From a virus, in the IMG/VR virus record IMGVR_UViG_3300013108_000188: 64,000 bases of DNA; one strand, given 5' to 3'. A model generated the notes under the pieces. That model searched no databases, was not told the origin of the DNA, and saw only the letters and a program-made list of their open reading frames with translations. The translations under genes and the position numbers were made by a program. Position 1 is the first letter of the stretch; every line of letters starts with the position of its first letter. Of the stretch, positions 39,253 to 49,913 are shown in pieces.

Positions 39253-40280
39253 ATTGCCTCACTTTTATTTTGCGCCAAATGTTTCATAAGTGATTTCGGA
39301 GCACCACATATATCACCTTGCCATCCTAATTGGTGACAATCTCCACCACAATACTTGAAAACTGGACACTCCCAACACAATGGGTTTCTTGCCACTTCAC
39401 ACGCTATATTGTGTAATCGCTTAGGACTATTTATAAGACCATCCAAAGGGTCATCTAAAGTGCCAAAAGTGAATTCAGGAGCAGCATTAGGGCAACCACC
39501 TATCGTTCCAGTTGCGTTGAGTGTAAATAGTTTTTGTTCACAATCTCTACAGAAGGTTCCTTGCGTATTATCTCCAGCAGTAAACTTTGAGTAAATAGTT
39601 TCAAAAAATTCATTTTCAAACCACTTTCTAGCTTTGTATTGTTTCATCTGCTCGTGCATTTTCAAAAACCACTTATCTTGTTCAATATTTGTTGGGAAAA
39701 TTTCAGGATGTAAGTTTGCATTACCATTACCTGTCAATCTTTCAAGTGCCATTTCTTGTACGCCTAAATCTTTTACCCATTTCAATAATTCAATAGGTTC
39801 AATTCTAACCGTATCTTTGGTTACTGATATAAAAAGTTTAACGGTTACTCCTTCATCAATTAAAGTAGCAACATTTCTTTTCCATAAATTAAATTGTTTT
39901 TCATTTGCAAAACGAATATTAGGATCCCAACTAGTACCACATCTATTTCCTAGTGGACCTTTCATAAAGTCTATATGTTCATCTTTTAGTTTAAAAACTA
40001 AATTAGTGGTTACACCATAAGATTGGTTGTTCCACAATCCTTTAGTTGCGTCATAGACATATTGCATTTCAGATACAGGAACCAAAAATGGTTCACCACC
40101 GTGAAATTCTAAATGTGCTGTGTCGTTTTTGTGATAGTTAAATTTGCGAAAAGAATTGAACCACTTGATAATCTTATCTGTATTCCAATATACTTTAGGT
40201 CCAGATGTTCCAGAAGTGAAACAATGTTTGCAATTTAAATTACAGGTTTCGGTTGTTTTAACATAAAACATCCAATTCAT
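39246..40280 (-). CDS. Radical SAM/SPASM enzyme
   Basis: VKTTETCNLNCKHC, FHGGEPFL, TTNL, TSWDP.IRF; SPASM-like CRDC...GGCPN and CWECPVFKYCGGDC...C. Start MNWMFY (40280). Confidence 0.93.
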   Translation of the reverse strand: MNWMFYVKTTETCNLNCKHCFTSGTSGPKVYWNTDKIIKWFNSFRKFNYHKNDTAHLEFHGGEPFLVPVSEMQYVYDATKGLWNNQSYGVTTNLVFKLKDEHIDFMKGPLGNRCGTSWDPNIRFANEKQFNLWKRNVATLIDEGVTVKLFISVTKDTVRIEPIELLKWVKDLGVQEMALERLTGNGNANLHPEIFPTNIEQDKWFLKMHEQMKQYKARKWFENEFFETIYSKFTAGDNTQGTFCRDCEQKLFTLNATGTIGGCPNAAPEFTFGTLDDPLDGLINSPKRLHNIACEVARNPLCWECPVFKYCGGDCHQLGWQGDICGAPKSLMKHLAQNKSEAIW

Positions 40281-40282
40281 TA

Positions 40283-40762
40283 TTATATAACTCCAATACT
40301 TAACCCCCAAGTATCAGCTTCACTTTCAACAAAATGTTGAACACCTTTCTCTATGATAATTCCTTCATCATCATATATAGGTTTAACCTCGTTATTCATA
40401 TTTACTTTCTTTTTGCCTTTTACAACATATAGGTAAACATCTTTGTCATCACAATGAGGTTTGAAACTTACACCTGGTTTTTGATTCACAAATAAATGAA
40501 TATCTTGTCTCTCTTTTCCTGTGATATTCTTTACTACTTCATCTAAAACTTCTCTTAACCAAGCAACATCTTCTAAACCTTCCACCTTAATAACTTTAAA
40601 TCTATTAAATTCTCTTAACCATTCTCCATAAGTCATATGTTCTTTGACTTCTCGGTCTCTACCTTCTTCGTCAATATAGAATAATTGTCTTGCTTCGTAT
40701 CTGTTATGATTTTGGATTTCGTCTTTTAATCGTTTAATCCATAATTGAGTTTGTTCGTCCAT
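40283..40762 (-). CDS. Cupin/JmjC-like protein
   Basis: SFKPHCDDKDVYLYVVKGKK and IEKGVQHFV (HxD...H double-stranded beta-helix). Confidence 0.75.
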   Translation of the reverse strand: MDEQTQLWIKRLKDEIQNHNRYEARQLFYIDEEGRDREVKEHMTYGEWLREFNRFKVIKVEGLEDVAWLREVLDEVVKNITGKERQDIHLFVNQKPGVSFKPHCDDKDVYLYVVKGKKKVNMNNEVKPIYDDEGIIIEKGVQHFVESEADTWGLSIGVI

Positions 40763-40771
40763 TATATACTC

Positions 40772-42073
40772 CTATTTACCAACAACTATTTCAACTAATC
40801 TCTCTCCTGTTGAGTCGTCATTGACTAAAGATTTTCCAATTAATGCACCTTGTCTTGGTTCTGCTTCTGCTCTTCCACAACCTTCTTGTTCACAACTAAC
40901 AATCATATCGCCTTTTTTTACAGGTCCACATACTCTACAAGGAACTCTTCCTGTTAATGCAACAGCGACAGACATTCCTTCTAAACTTCCGTTCATTATG
41001 AAAGCAGGTTTTTCTGATACAACACCTACAACTTTTGTACAATGATTTATTTTACAAGAAGTTACCTCAGCAGGTCCACCTATACATAATACCGTTCCTG
41101 TAGGATATTCTTTATCAGTTAAATATTTTTCTGCCAAGTCAGCATAGTTTGCTTTTGTAGCAGTTGTTGTTAATGTATTTGTTGATGGATTGTAATATAA
41201 ATCTGTATCTGTATTTAATCCTTGATTACCAGTTGCGTTAGCAGAAAAAGTAATATATCTTGTTGCGTTTGTTGAGTTGTCAGCAGTAATATTAACAGCG
41301 TTTGCTTGTGAAGCAGTACCAGTTATAGTAGTTGCAACTAAAGTATCTACCGTCAATGTTGAAGTTGCCATATCTTTTAATTTAGCAACCGATACCGAAG
41401 CGTCAGCAATTTGGTCTGTACTAATAGCGTCATTGGCTATCATTGTTTGAGTAACCGTATTTGTATCGCCTGTTGTGATTACGGTTCCACTTCTATCTGG
41501 TAAAGTAATTGTATTATCTTGTCCTGGGTCATCAACTCTTAATGTAGTTTCATTAGCGTTAGAAGTTGCACCTTCAAATTTCATTGAAGCACCATTGATG
41601 GTAACACCAGCACCTACTACCGTTCCACCAGCAGTTATTCCACCAGTTGTATTTAATTGTTCGTTTCCAAAATCTATTGTACCACTTGAAGATACAATTG
41701 AACCATTTGAAATAGTTATATCTCCAATATCAGCAGAAGTATTAACATCTATAGTTGTTAAACTTGATAGATTAGCATCCATATTAATTGTTAATGTATC
41801 TGGTGATGATACGATAGCTTCTAAATTTGTACCAGTACTTACGGTCAATGTGTTACCAGAAGCAACCGCCTGATTGTTTGTACCATCTGTTAATGTGAAA
41901 CCAGCAGCGGCAATAGCGATTGCGTTAATTTCATTTACAGCACCTATAACCGTAGTTGCTGACAATGAACTATCTAGTGTTGCAATGTCTCCGAAGTCGT
42001 TTAAAGCAAGAGCGTTAAATTCCGTTCTTAACTTATCTAAACTATCTGTTGTTGAAACTTGTCTAACTGCCAT
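40772..42073 (-). CDS. Tail fibre protein with C-terminal chaperone/peptidase-G2-like domain
   Basis: TDSLDKLRTEFN start, T/S-rich shaft, YADLAEKY...VVGVVSEKPAFIMN...VALTGRVPC..GPVKKGD. Confidence 0.7.
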   Translation of the reverse strand: MAVRQVSTTDSLDKLRTEFNALALNDFGDIATLDSSLSATTVIGAVNEINAIAIAAAGFTLTDGTNNQAVASGNTLTVSTGTNLEAIVSSPDTLTINMDANLSSLTTIDVNTSADIGDITISNGSIVSSSGTIDFGNEQLNTTGGITAGGTVVGAGVTINGASMKFEGATSNANETTLRVDDPGQDNTITLPDRSGTVITTGDTNTVTQTMIANDAISTDQIADASVSVAKLKDMATSTLTVDTLVATTITGTASQANAVNITADNSTNATRYITFSANATGNQGLNTDTDLYYNPSTNTLTTTATKANYADLAEKYLTDKEYPTGTVLCIGGPAEVTSCKINHCTKVVGVVSEKPAFIMNGSLEGMSVAVALTGRVPCRVCGPVKKGDMIVSCEQEGCGRAEAEPRQGALIGKSLVNDDSTGERLVEIVVGK

Positions 42074-42287
42074 TTGATTTTATCATCCTTTTAATTTCTA
42101 TTAATTCTGCCTTTAAAGTATTTATTTCTCTACACATATCTTGCATTTTATTTTTATCTAATTCTCTTTGTTGTTTTCTAGCAATATATATTTCATATTC
42201 ACTTGAACTAGTATTTACAACAGCATTAGATTTTATATCTCTTTGTAAGTTGTCAAAATTTAATACTTTAATCATTGTTGAACTCAT
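42063..42287 (-). CDS. Small conserved-type hypothetical phage protein (74 aa)
   Basis: LQRDIKSNAVVN...EINTLKAELIEIK; directly after the 2034-aa gene. Confidence 0.6.
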   Translation of the reverse strand: MSSTMIKVLNFDNLQRDIKSNAVVNTSSSEYEIYIARKQQRELDKNKMQDMCREINTLKAELIEIKRMIKSNGS

Positions 42288-42291
42288 TTAA

Positions 42292-45200
42292 TTATATTGC
42301 CAATGCAATTCCTCTCATATCTCGTACTATTGGAGGATAAGAACTATTTGTTCCTTTTAGTACTATTTTAATTTGAAATGCTGTAAATGTATTTACATTA
42401 CTTGCAGAATATTGATACTCTCTAAAGTCATCATCCGTTTCTGATTTAGTAACCGTTTTATCTGAACTACCATCTCCGTTAAATGCTGTCCAGTTAATAT
42501 CACTTATATTTCTAACTTCATCAGCACTCGTTGTTCTGTAATAAACTTCTACTTCTGAACTATCTCTAACTGCCTGTGTCAATCTAATATCTAAAGCAGT
42601 TGAGTTGTTAACTAATACAACAGGTTTAGTAATATATTTTGAAGCATTTGAAGTATCACTAGCATTTGTTTCAGAAACATAACTTGGTGTATTACTTGAA
42701 GTTGGACTATTTAATCTGTTTGCAATACAGAATACACTATTTCTTGCCAAGTCAATTATTGGAGAAAGTTTTGTATTTGTAGTTGATAATTCTAATACAA
42801 CATAAAAAGATTTTGCACCAGACATTCTAGTTGTTTCATTTGGTTGAGACATAACTGCCTGTGGTTGAGTAAAGTAAATGTCATCTGCCAAAGTAACCGA
42901 TTGTCTATTAGATTCAGTTGTTAAACTATAAGGTGTTTGAGAACCGTGTACTGATTTTGATGTTGTTGTTCTTACAAAAGGAACAATTGATGTTCCTGGT
43001 ACTGCCAATGTTTGTAGACCACCTAAATTTAATACATCAAATTGTCTATTTTGTGTAGCAGTAACCGCTGTACCACCAATGTCTCCAGTTGAAGTTGCCG
43101 TTCCTGATGTAGTTATATCATAACTATCTAAAGTTATATTTGATATAGAAGTATATGTTCCATTAATATCTGTATGAGCAATACCATTATGAGTACCAGA
43201 TGGAACTCCAGCAATGGTTACACACGAATTAGTATCGTGTAAGTTATGGTTTTTATGGAACACTCTAATCACACCAGAAGTATTTGTTGTTCTAATTGGA
43301 TTTTGTTCTAAAGTTTTAGCAGTTAATTCTTTGTTTGCCAAATGTACCGTTCCAGATACAGCTGAAAATTCAGCTCTCTTCATTGTAAATTTAATATCTT
43401 CATTTGGTTCAGAAGTCCAAGTTGAACCGTTTTGAGATTTAAACATAACACCAGCATAAGGTTGTTTTGATATTGTTCTACTAGAACCTATTGCCGTTTC
43501 ACCTAATCTAGCAACATAACAAGTATAATCATTTGAGTTTGATAATACTACCATAGCATATTCTATTTGGTCTTGTATATAAACAGGACTAGGGAAATTA
43601 AATGTTGTTTTTACTGAAGCGTCTGAACTTATATTAACATCACTTGGATTTAAAGTAACCTCTCCAAATGGAAGTATTTTATTTCCTGGATAACCATTAA
43701 CTACATTTCTTAATTGTACGGTTACAGGAATATTTGCGTCTTTAGTTGCAAAATATAAATCAACAGAAGTTAAATTAACACCACCTTTTTCATCTGTTAA
43801 AAATGTTTGTGCTAATGGGTCAACCCAACCAACCGTTTGTACTACTTGTCTTGTACTTGTTCTTAAAACTTGTTGTTGGTCTGTTACCGTTGTTCTTACA
43901 CCTCTAACTTCTCTAGTTGAAACAACCGTATCTCTAACCGTATTTAATAATCCTCTTGCAACATATTCAGCGTCAGCGGCAGTTTCAACAGCAGCAGCAT
44001 CCATAGAGTTAGTTGAAGATGAAGTTAATCTAAATGTTCTATCACCTGTTCTCCATCTTGGATTAGTATCTACCGTTGGGTCAGGTATTGAGAAAGTACC
44101 AGATACAGCACCGTTAGCGTCTGTAACCAAATTTCCTCCAAGTGAACCACTTGTTGGGGTTACATAAGCAGTAATATCTACATTATCAAAGAATGGATAA
44201 ACTCTTGTATTTGGTTTTAATCTTGTTGCAGAAAAAGCAACATCCCTACTTCTAATAAATGCTACAAAGGCAACATCAACAACTCTATCTCCCATACTTG
44301 TTCTAACCGTTTGAGGTATTGCAGTTGTTGTAATTCCTGTTCTACTTTGGTTAACTTGGTTGATAGAAGTTATGTTAACTCTTTGTCTAACTGCTCTCAT
44401 TTTTCTCCAAGTAGGTCCTACTCTTTCACTACCTATATCCATACTTCTTCCAGTCCAGTTTGTTTGCCATTCGTTCCAAACCGTACCCAAAGCTATTTGA
44501 TTTTGATTAGGTACATTACCTTCTCTTAATAATTGGTCCCAAGCACCTGTTGTAGAATTAACTACTAATTCAGGTGTTCTTTGTGTTTCTCTCCATTCAT
44601 CACTTGAAGGAGTTAATTCTATTGTTCCCATCCAACTGAAAATAGCGAAAGGGTTAACATTGATTGCTTTAGAAGCAAAAGGTTGATTAATTAAATCTGT
44701 TTCTGTATATGGCAACATTAAACAATCGCCAGTCTTCATATAATTAGCAGCCGTTCTATCAGCGGCAGTTAAAGTTGTTCCATCTTCATCTATTTCTTCT
44801 AAAGGTACAGCGTCTTGGTTAAAGTGTGGTCTTAATTCTCCTTTTGCATAATCAACAGAACATCTGTAATCACCATTGGTTACTTCACCAATTCCGTGAC
44901 CATTAAAATTATCTACAATAAATCCATTTTTAAATCTATCAAAACCATCAGCGTCTTGTATTTGTAATGCCTGAGCAGCAGTTTCTAATAAAGATAATTG
45001 AGTGTAGTATTCTATTCTTTTAATTTTCTTTTCAATAGCTCCAATATCTCTCATTGTATATCTTCTATTATCAACCGTTTCAAAAACTACATCTTCGGTT
45101 GATAAGTTATATGCAGGTAAAGAAATTGTGTAAAGGTGCATTGAGTTATCAATTGTATCAGGTTCCTGTGGTTTAGTATCAGGTGCTCCTTTAAGAACTT

Positions 45201-48200
45201 TAAACTCACCATCTTTAGTTAAGAATAATTTGTCTATTCTTCCTTTGTAGTATTCGTGGTCTGTGGTTACATTTGAACCAAATTTAACAACATCAACCGT
45301 TGAAGCACCACTACCATCAAAACTTCTATTTTGTGTACCAGCGTCTATAGTTGAAGCGTCATCTACTCTAGGTCTGAAATCTAATACATCACTTAACTTA
45401 TATTCATCACCAGTTGTATCAGAAGTATAACTAGGAATATTTTCGTAATCTATTTGTCCTGAATAACTATCTACACTAAAGAAATCTCCATTACCGTGTG
45501 AGAAATAATTAAATGTAATTAATAATCTACCAGTTGGATTTAGACTTCCTTCAACTCTTTTTAATCTTCCAATATCATAGTAGTTATCTCTTTGTCCATT
45601 ATCTAAAGTAAATCTACTTGTAATATCTGTATCACTTGTTGTTGCGTCTGTACTGAAATCAGCTGCCATATGTACAGAAGCAAGTGAGTAAATATCTGCC
45701 TTACCTAAACCAATAACATTTGCTTCGCAATCAGCTTGAGCAGTAATTTGTTTAGTTGAGTTAGAATTTAATGTTTTTGTTTTTTCATTTTGAGCAGATT
45801 TTGATAAAGTTGCAAGAATTTTTACTTTGTGTCCTTGATGATTAGCTCCAAAATCTAAAGTTAATGTACGACCAACAGGAGAACCAGATAAAGCAAAACA
45901 AGCGTCACCTTCGTGTTGGTTTCCAGTTGTAGATAATTTATCTCCAACATTACCAGCAGAAGACGAACCACCTTTTGTCATTATGGTTACTGAATAGTCT
46001 TTTTCTGATTGAGATACAAAAGTTTCTCCAGTATTTGCAGTAATAGTAATATCTCCTGTTGAAGTTAATGTTCCAACAAAAGTTTTTCTAACCGTCAATG
46101 ATGTATCAGCGATACCCGAGTTAGCAGTTGTCTTTAATGTTTTAATTGTACTATAAGGTAAATTAAATAGAGCAATATTTTTATCACCACCTTGTACTTT
46201 TGCTCTTTGTCTAATTATAATTGAGTTTGATACAGCAGTTCCACCAATAGCACTTCCTAATTTTAATGATGAAGTAGATATAATTTCTATAACTTCTCTT
46301 GTTGTAATTGTTCCACCTGTATCAGCAAATTGAATTGAATCTCCAATTTTTAATTCTGAAGTAAATTTAGTATTGAAACCTGTTACCGATTGTCCACCAC
46401 CTGATATTGAAATTGAACCAGATAGTTGTACATTTTCAGCATAAGCATTTGATAATTCTGTTTGAGCAGTATAAGTTGGACTTCCTGCCATTGTAATTTC
46501 TTTTATATCACTAGAACCATAACTTGTAAATCCTTTATTACCTAATACATTTGCTTTTACAACAGCAGTATTAGAAGAAGTAGCACCTGTTACCGTTTCA
46601 CCAGCAACAAACTCGCCTTGTACATTTGATACAACAACTTTTGCAGTCGCAACTGAACCACCTGTACCAGCACCTGTGTGACCAGTACCATCAACAGCAT
46701 TTCCTGAACTATCAACTAATTCAAAATCTCTTTTTGCAGTACCACCTACTTGTTGTTTAACATAATAAACATTGTCATTTAATTCTGTTTGTGTGGTAAC
46801 ACCTGTAATTTTTATTGCGTCACCATTTCTAATATCTAAATCAGCAGACATTGTTATAACAACAGGATTAGCTGCCGTAGATGAAGCAATTGTAGAAGAT
46901 GTTCCAGTAGATACATTTTCAACAATACCACTTGCGCCTGAAGTTCCACCAGTTAGTTTCTCTCCAGTTGTAAATGTTTGATTACTTGTAAGACCTATAT
47001 GAGCAAACATTTCTATATCAAATAGATAATGTTTAAAAATTTGTGAACTTGAAGGTGCGTATGCTATAGCACTTGTTATTGTTCCACTTGTAGTTCCATT
47101 ATATTCATATCCTTTAGATTTAGCACGACCAATATCAAGTATTAAGTTTTCGTTGTTTGCAGTAATTGTTCCAGCAGTATAAGTTGGTGAAGCAAGTTTT
47201 AATTCTAATTTTTTATATGCTTCTGTTTTACCTGTATAGAAACTTACATCTGGAGAACCATAAACATTAGATACATTGATATAGTTTTCTACATCAAATT
47301 TTGTTGGGAAACCATTTTCAGTTCCAAATGTTCTTGCCTTATCTATTGCAACAAATTCAGTTCCTACTTTTTCTATTTCATATCCTTTAACATATGCTTT
47401 ACCTGGAGATAATCCTAAAGCAAGTTTAGTTGCGTCTCCACCATTTCCTGATGTATAGATACCTCTATTAGTACCTGAAGATAAATGTTCTCTAATATCT
47501 AAATCAAATGGTCTGATTGTGTAATCACCACTCTCGTCACTCGTTCTACGAGCAAGTGTATCTTCTAAAATACCATATTCAGTTGTTCTAACTATGTTTT
47601 GTAAAGCACCATTAGATAGTCTTAACAATTCTATGAAATTTGAATCTTCAATAGAAGTTAAAGCAAGTTTAGCAAGTGTTAAAGCAATTTTAAATCTGTG
47701 AGCACCTGGAGCGTTTGCGTTTGAAGAACCTTGAGCATTATCTACAAGTGAAGCGTCATTGTTTGGGGTTACAAAACTTTCAGTTATAGATAATCCAATT
47801 CTATAACTTGGAGAGTTTGTATATTTGTCTAATACTATTGTTTGTTCAGCAACATTAACAGCGTAACCATTAATGTAATAAGTTCCAGCGGCAACTGAAG
47901 CAGCCGAACCAATATGTGAAGTTGTACATACAGCAGTTAAGTTACCTAAAGTACCGTGTACTGCTATCATTGTTTCGCCAGCAACAAAGTCAGTTGTAGC
48001 ATTACCTACACCAGTTTTGTTATACTTAACATATAAAGTATTTGGGTCAGTTGAAGTTGCAACATCAACACCAACAATTTTTGCTTCTACAGCAGAAGTT
48101 TGTCCTACTAATTTTAATCCTTTAAAATCTGAAAGATTAGTTGTTCCAGAAAATGAAGTTAACTTAACTGAATAGTATTGTAAATCATAAGTAATCTCAC

Positions 48201-48396
48201 CTGGTATCATCTGAGCACCAGATTCAAAAATATGGTTACCCATTTTTTCAAATTGGTTTTGTAAGATTGTTTGTGATTGTGTTAACTCTCTTGCCTGTAC
48301 AGCAAACGCTGGTCTGAATAATATTCTATGAAAGCTTTTGCTTTCCGAGAAATCATCATAATAAGGCGAGAGATTAAAGTCAGTTGGACTTGGCAT
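42292..48396 (-). CDS. Very large virion structural protein (DUF4815/VrlC-like)
   Basis: FNLSPYYDDF...FRPAFAVQARELTQSQTILQNQ, APGAHRFKI, LARRTSDESGDY, RFKNGFIVDNF, DPLAQTF, FKSQNGSTW. Confidence 0.85.
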   Translation of the reverse strand: MPSPTDFNLSPYYDDFSESKSFHRILFRPAFAVQARELTQSQTILQNQFEKMGNHIFESGAQMIPGEITYDLQYYSVKLTSFSGTTNLSDFKGLKLVGQTSAVEAKIVGVDVATSTDPNTLYVKYNKTGVGNATTDFVAGETMIAVHGTLGNLTAVCTTSHIGSAASVAAGTYYINGYAVNVAEQTIVLDKYTNSPSYRIGLSITESFVTPNNDASLVDNAQGSSNANAPGAHRFKIALTLAKLALTSIEDSNFIELLRLSNGALQNIVRTTEYGILEDTLARRTSDESGDYTIRPFDLDIREHLSSGTNRGIYTSGNGGDATKLALGLSPGKAYVKGYEIEKVGTEFVAIDKARTFGTENGFPTKFDVENYINVSNVYGSPDVSFYTGKTEAYKKLELKLASPTYTAGTITANNENLILDIGRAKSKGYEYNGTTSGTITSAIAYAPSSSQIFKHYLFDIEMFAHIGLTSNQTFTTGEKLTGGTSGASGIVENVSTGTSSTIASSTAANPVVITMSADLDIRNGDAIKITGVTTQTELNDNVYYVKQQVGGTAKRDFELVDSSGNAVDGTGHTGAGTGGSVATAKVVVSNVQGEFVAGETVTGATSSNTAVVKANVLGNKGFTSYGSSDIKEITMAGSPTYTAQTELSNAYAENVQLSGSISISGGGQSVTGFNTKFTSELKIGDSIQFADTGGTITTREVIEIISTSSLKLGSAIGGTAVSNSIIIRQRAKVQGGDKNIALFNLPYSTIKTLKTTANSGIADTSLTVRKTFVGTLTSTGDITITANTGETFVSQSEKDYSVTIMTKGGSSSAGNVGDKLSTTGNQHEGDACFALSGSPVGRTLTLDFGANHQGHKVKILATLSKSAQNEKTKTLNSNSTKQITAQADCEANVIGLGKADIYSLASVHMAADFSTDATTSDTDITSRFTLDNGQRDNYYDIGRLKRVEGSLNPTGRLLITFNYFSHGNGDFFSVDSYSGQIDYENIPSYTSDTTGDEYKLSDVLDFRPRVDDASTIDAGTQNRSFDGSGASTVDVVKFGSNVTTDHEYYKGRIDKLFLTKDGEFKVLKGAPDTKPQEPDTIDNSMHLYTISLPAYNLSTEDVVFETVDNRRYTMRDIGAIEKKIKRIEYYTQLSLLETAAQALQIQDADGFDRFKNGFIVDNFNGHGIGEVTNGDYRCSVDYAKGELRPHFNQDAVPLEEIDEDGTTLTAADRTAANYMKTGDCLMLPYTETDLINQPFASKAINVNPFAIFSWMGTIELTPSSDEWRETQRTPELVVNSTTGAWDQLLREGNVPNQNQIALGTVWNEWQTNWTGRSMDIGSERVGPTWRKMRAVRQRVNITSINQVNQSRTGITTTAIPQTVRTSMGDRVVDVAFVAFIRSRDVAFSATRLKPNTRVYPFFDNVDITAYVTPTSGSLGGNLVTDANGAVSGTFSIPDPTVDTNPRWRTGDRTFRLTSSSTNSMDAAAVETAADAEYVARGLLNTVRDTVVSTREVRGVRTTVTDQQQVLRTSTRQVVQTVGWVDPLAQTFLTDEKGGVNLTSVDLYFATKDANIPVTVQLRNVVNGYPGNKILPFGEVTLNPSDVNISSDASVKTTFNFPSPVYIQDQIEYAMVVLSNSNDYTCYVARLGETAIGSSRTISKQPYAGVMFKSQNGSTWTSEPNEDIKFTMKRAEFSAVSGTVHLANKELTAKTLEQNPIRTTNTSGVIRVFHKNHNLHDTNSCVTIAGVPSGTHNGIAHTDINGTYTSISNITLDSYDITTSGTATSTGDIGGTAVTATQNRQFDVLNLGGLQTLAVPGTSIVPFVRTTTSKSVHGSQTPYSLTTESNRQSVTLADDIYFTQPQAVMSQPNETTRMSGAKSFYVVLELSTTNTKLSPIIDLARNSVFCIANRLNSPTSSNTPSYVSETNASDTSNASKYITKPVVLVNNSTALDIRLTQAVRDSSEVEVYYRTTSADEVRNISDINWTAFNGDGSSDKTVTKSETDDDFREYQYSASNVNTFTAFQIKIVLKGTNSSYPPIVRDMRGIALAI

Positions 48397-48408
48397 TTAT
48401 TTCCCTCG

Positions 48409-49872
48409 TTAAAATTCTATGATTAACTTAACATTCTCCGTTTGGTCAGCACTTCTGGTTACTGGTGCTCTATTTTCAATGTACATTACATCGCCAGAGT
48501 CAGCGTCTATTTCAGAAGCAGAATAACCTGAAACTAAAGAAACATTGTTAACCGTTTCAGTATTGCCTGTTGGAGTTCCTGTAGGTGTACTTGCACTATC
48601 TCCAGTAACCACATTGGTTCCTGAAAACGCAGTCATATTACCGTTTGCATCCACACCTTCGTTATCATATCTTGTTTGTGTATAAAACAAAATTAAATTA
48701 GCAGCATCCCATTGAACAACTTTACCAACAGCACCTGTATTTGTTTGAGTAATTTTTTCATCAGCAGTAAAAGTTCCTGCACCTGAATTAAATCTAATAG
48801 CTTTAGTTCCTCTTAAAGTTGTTGTACTAGCAGCTGAACCACCTGATTTAGGATCCCTAATTAAACATACTCGTCTAAAATCGTTTTGAGTTGCAAAGTC
48901 TCCAGAGTTTGCAGTTTCAGCACCTTCAAAAGAAGTATTAAGTATTACAAAGTAAGCACCTAATTCTTCAAATGGATCTGAACCGTGTCCACCTTTTGGT
49001 TCTATGATTACATCTATTTCAGTACCAGATAAACTTCCACCACCAGCGGCATTTATATCTGCTACTCTAACATAACCGAAAGAATAACCAGTTGGAGTTC
49101 CAGTAACCACAGCACCTGTTACCGCACCTGAAGCAATTGTTATAGTACAAGTTCCACCAGAACCATCACCTCTAATTGCGATACCTGTATGTGTACCATC
49201 AGTACCACCTGTACCAGCAGCTTTAATTTTTAAGATTGAAACATCTCCATCAACAGCGGCACTTACTACAGAAGAGTTTGTTGAAACTCCCATAAAGTCT
49301 GTAGATAAAAAGTTTGCCTGAGCACTTGCAGATAAAGTGAACATATATTTCCACTTATAAGAATCTGCTGTTTCTAATATATTAACACTTTCTCCAGTTG
49401 GCTCAACCGTTGAAGCAGAATTGTTATTATTGTCTAAACATTTATAGACTTTGAAGTTTGAATTCATTACATAGAAATTTGCGTCATATAAATTCGTTGC
49501 ACCACTATTAGCAGTTTGAACATTAGTAGTTCCTGTTATTCTGTTTCCATAGTCGTGTCTGTAAATATCGTAAGTTGTTCCAGATGTCCAATTTATTCTT
49601 GGAGCAGCAAAAGCTACATCTGAAGCAGTAATTTTTTTAGCAGCCAGTAAATCGTCAAAAGAATCATATTCGTCTTGTACTGAATCGGCTGGTGTTATAG
49701 GAGCTGAATCAGTTCCTATGTTTTCTGTTCTTCCATCTGCTCTAGTTTTTGTTCCAAAAGCAGTTGGTTTTCCTATTCCTAGGTAATAGACATTTGGGGT
49801 TGCTTCACCAAAAGATTCCTCAAATTGTTGAGCATTGTTTCGTCTAAATTTACTTGTTATAATTGCTGGCAT
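48409..49872 (-). CDS. g8: Baseplate wedge subunit (gp8)
   Basis: RINWTSGTTYDIY, FYVMNSNFKVYKCLDNN, YKWKYMF, PKGGHGSDP..ELGA, YIENRAPVTRSADQTENVKLIIEF. Confidence 0.9.
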   Translation of the reverse strand: MPAIITSKFRRNNAQQFEESFGEATPNVYYLGIGKPTAFGTKTRADGRTENIGTDSAPITPADSVQDEYDSFDDLLAAKKITASDVAFAAPRINWTSGTTYDIYRHDYGNRITGTTNVQTANSGATNLYDANFYVMNSNFKVYKCLDNNNNSASTVEPTGESVNILETADSYKWKYMFTLSASAQANFLSTDFMGVSTNSSVVSAAVDGDVSILKIKAAGTGGTDGTHTGIAIRGDGSGGTCTITIASGAVTGAVVTGTPTGYSFGYVRVADINAAGGGSLSGTEIDVIIEPKGGHGSDPFEELGAYFVILNTSFEGAETANSGDFATQNDFRRVCLIRDPKSGGSAASTTTLRGTKAIRFNSGAGTFTADEKITQTNTGAVGKVVQWDAANLILFYTQTRYDNEGVDANGNMTAFSGTNVVTGDSASTPTGTPTGNTETVNNVSLVSGYSASEIDADSGDVMYIENRAPVTRSADQTENVKLIIEF

Positions 49873-49896
49873 TGTTTATTTCCTATTTCTTTGTAC

Positions 49897-49904
49897 TATT
49901 TATA
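49897..49904 (-). promoter_or_regulatory. T4-type late promoter TATAAATA upstream of g8
   Basis: TATTTATA on the + strand; heads a nearly gap-free run of genes down to ~30650. Confidence 0.7.
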
Positions 49905-49913
49905 CATCGTCTC

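Noticed and set aside
30651-40762. Radical SAM cluster as a queuosine/7-deazaguanine or other DNA-modification pathway
   Set aside because: No QueC/QueD/FolE/DpdA-like genes are recognisable, the enzymes have SPASM-like tails, and the context is late structural. Not formally excluded.
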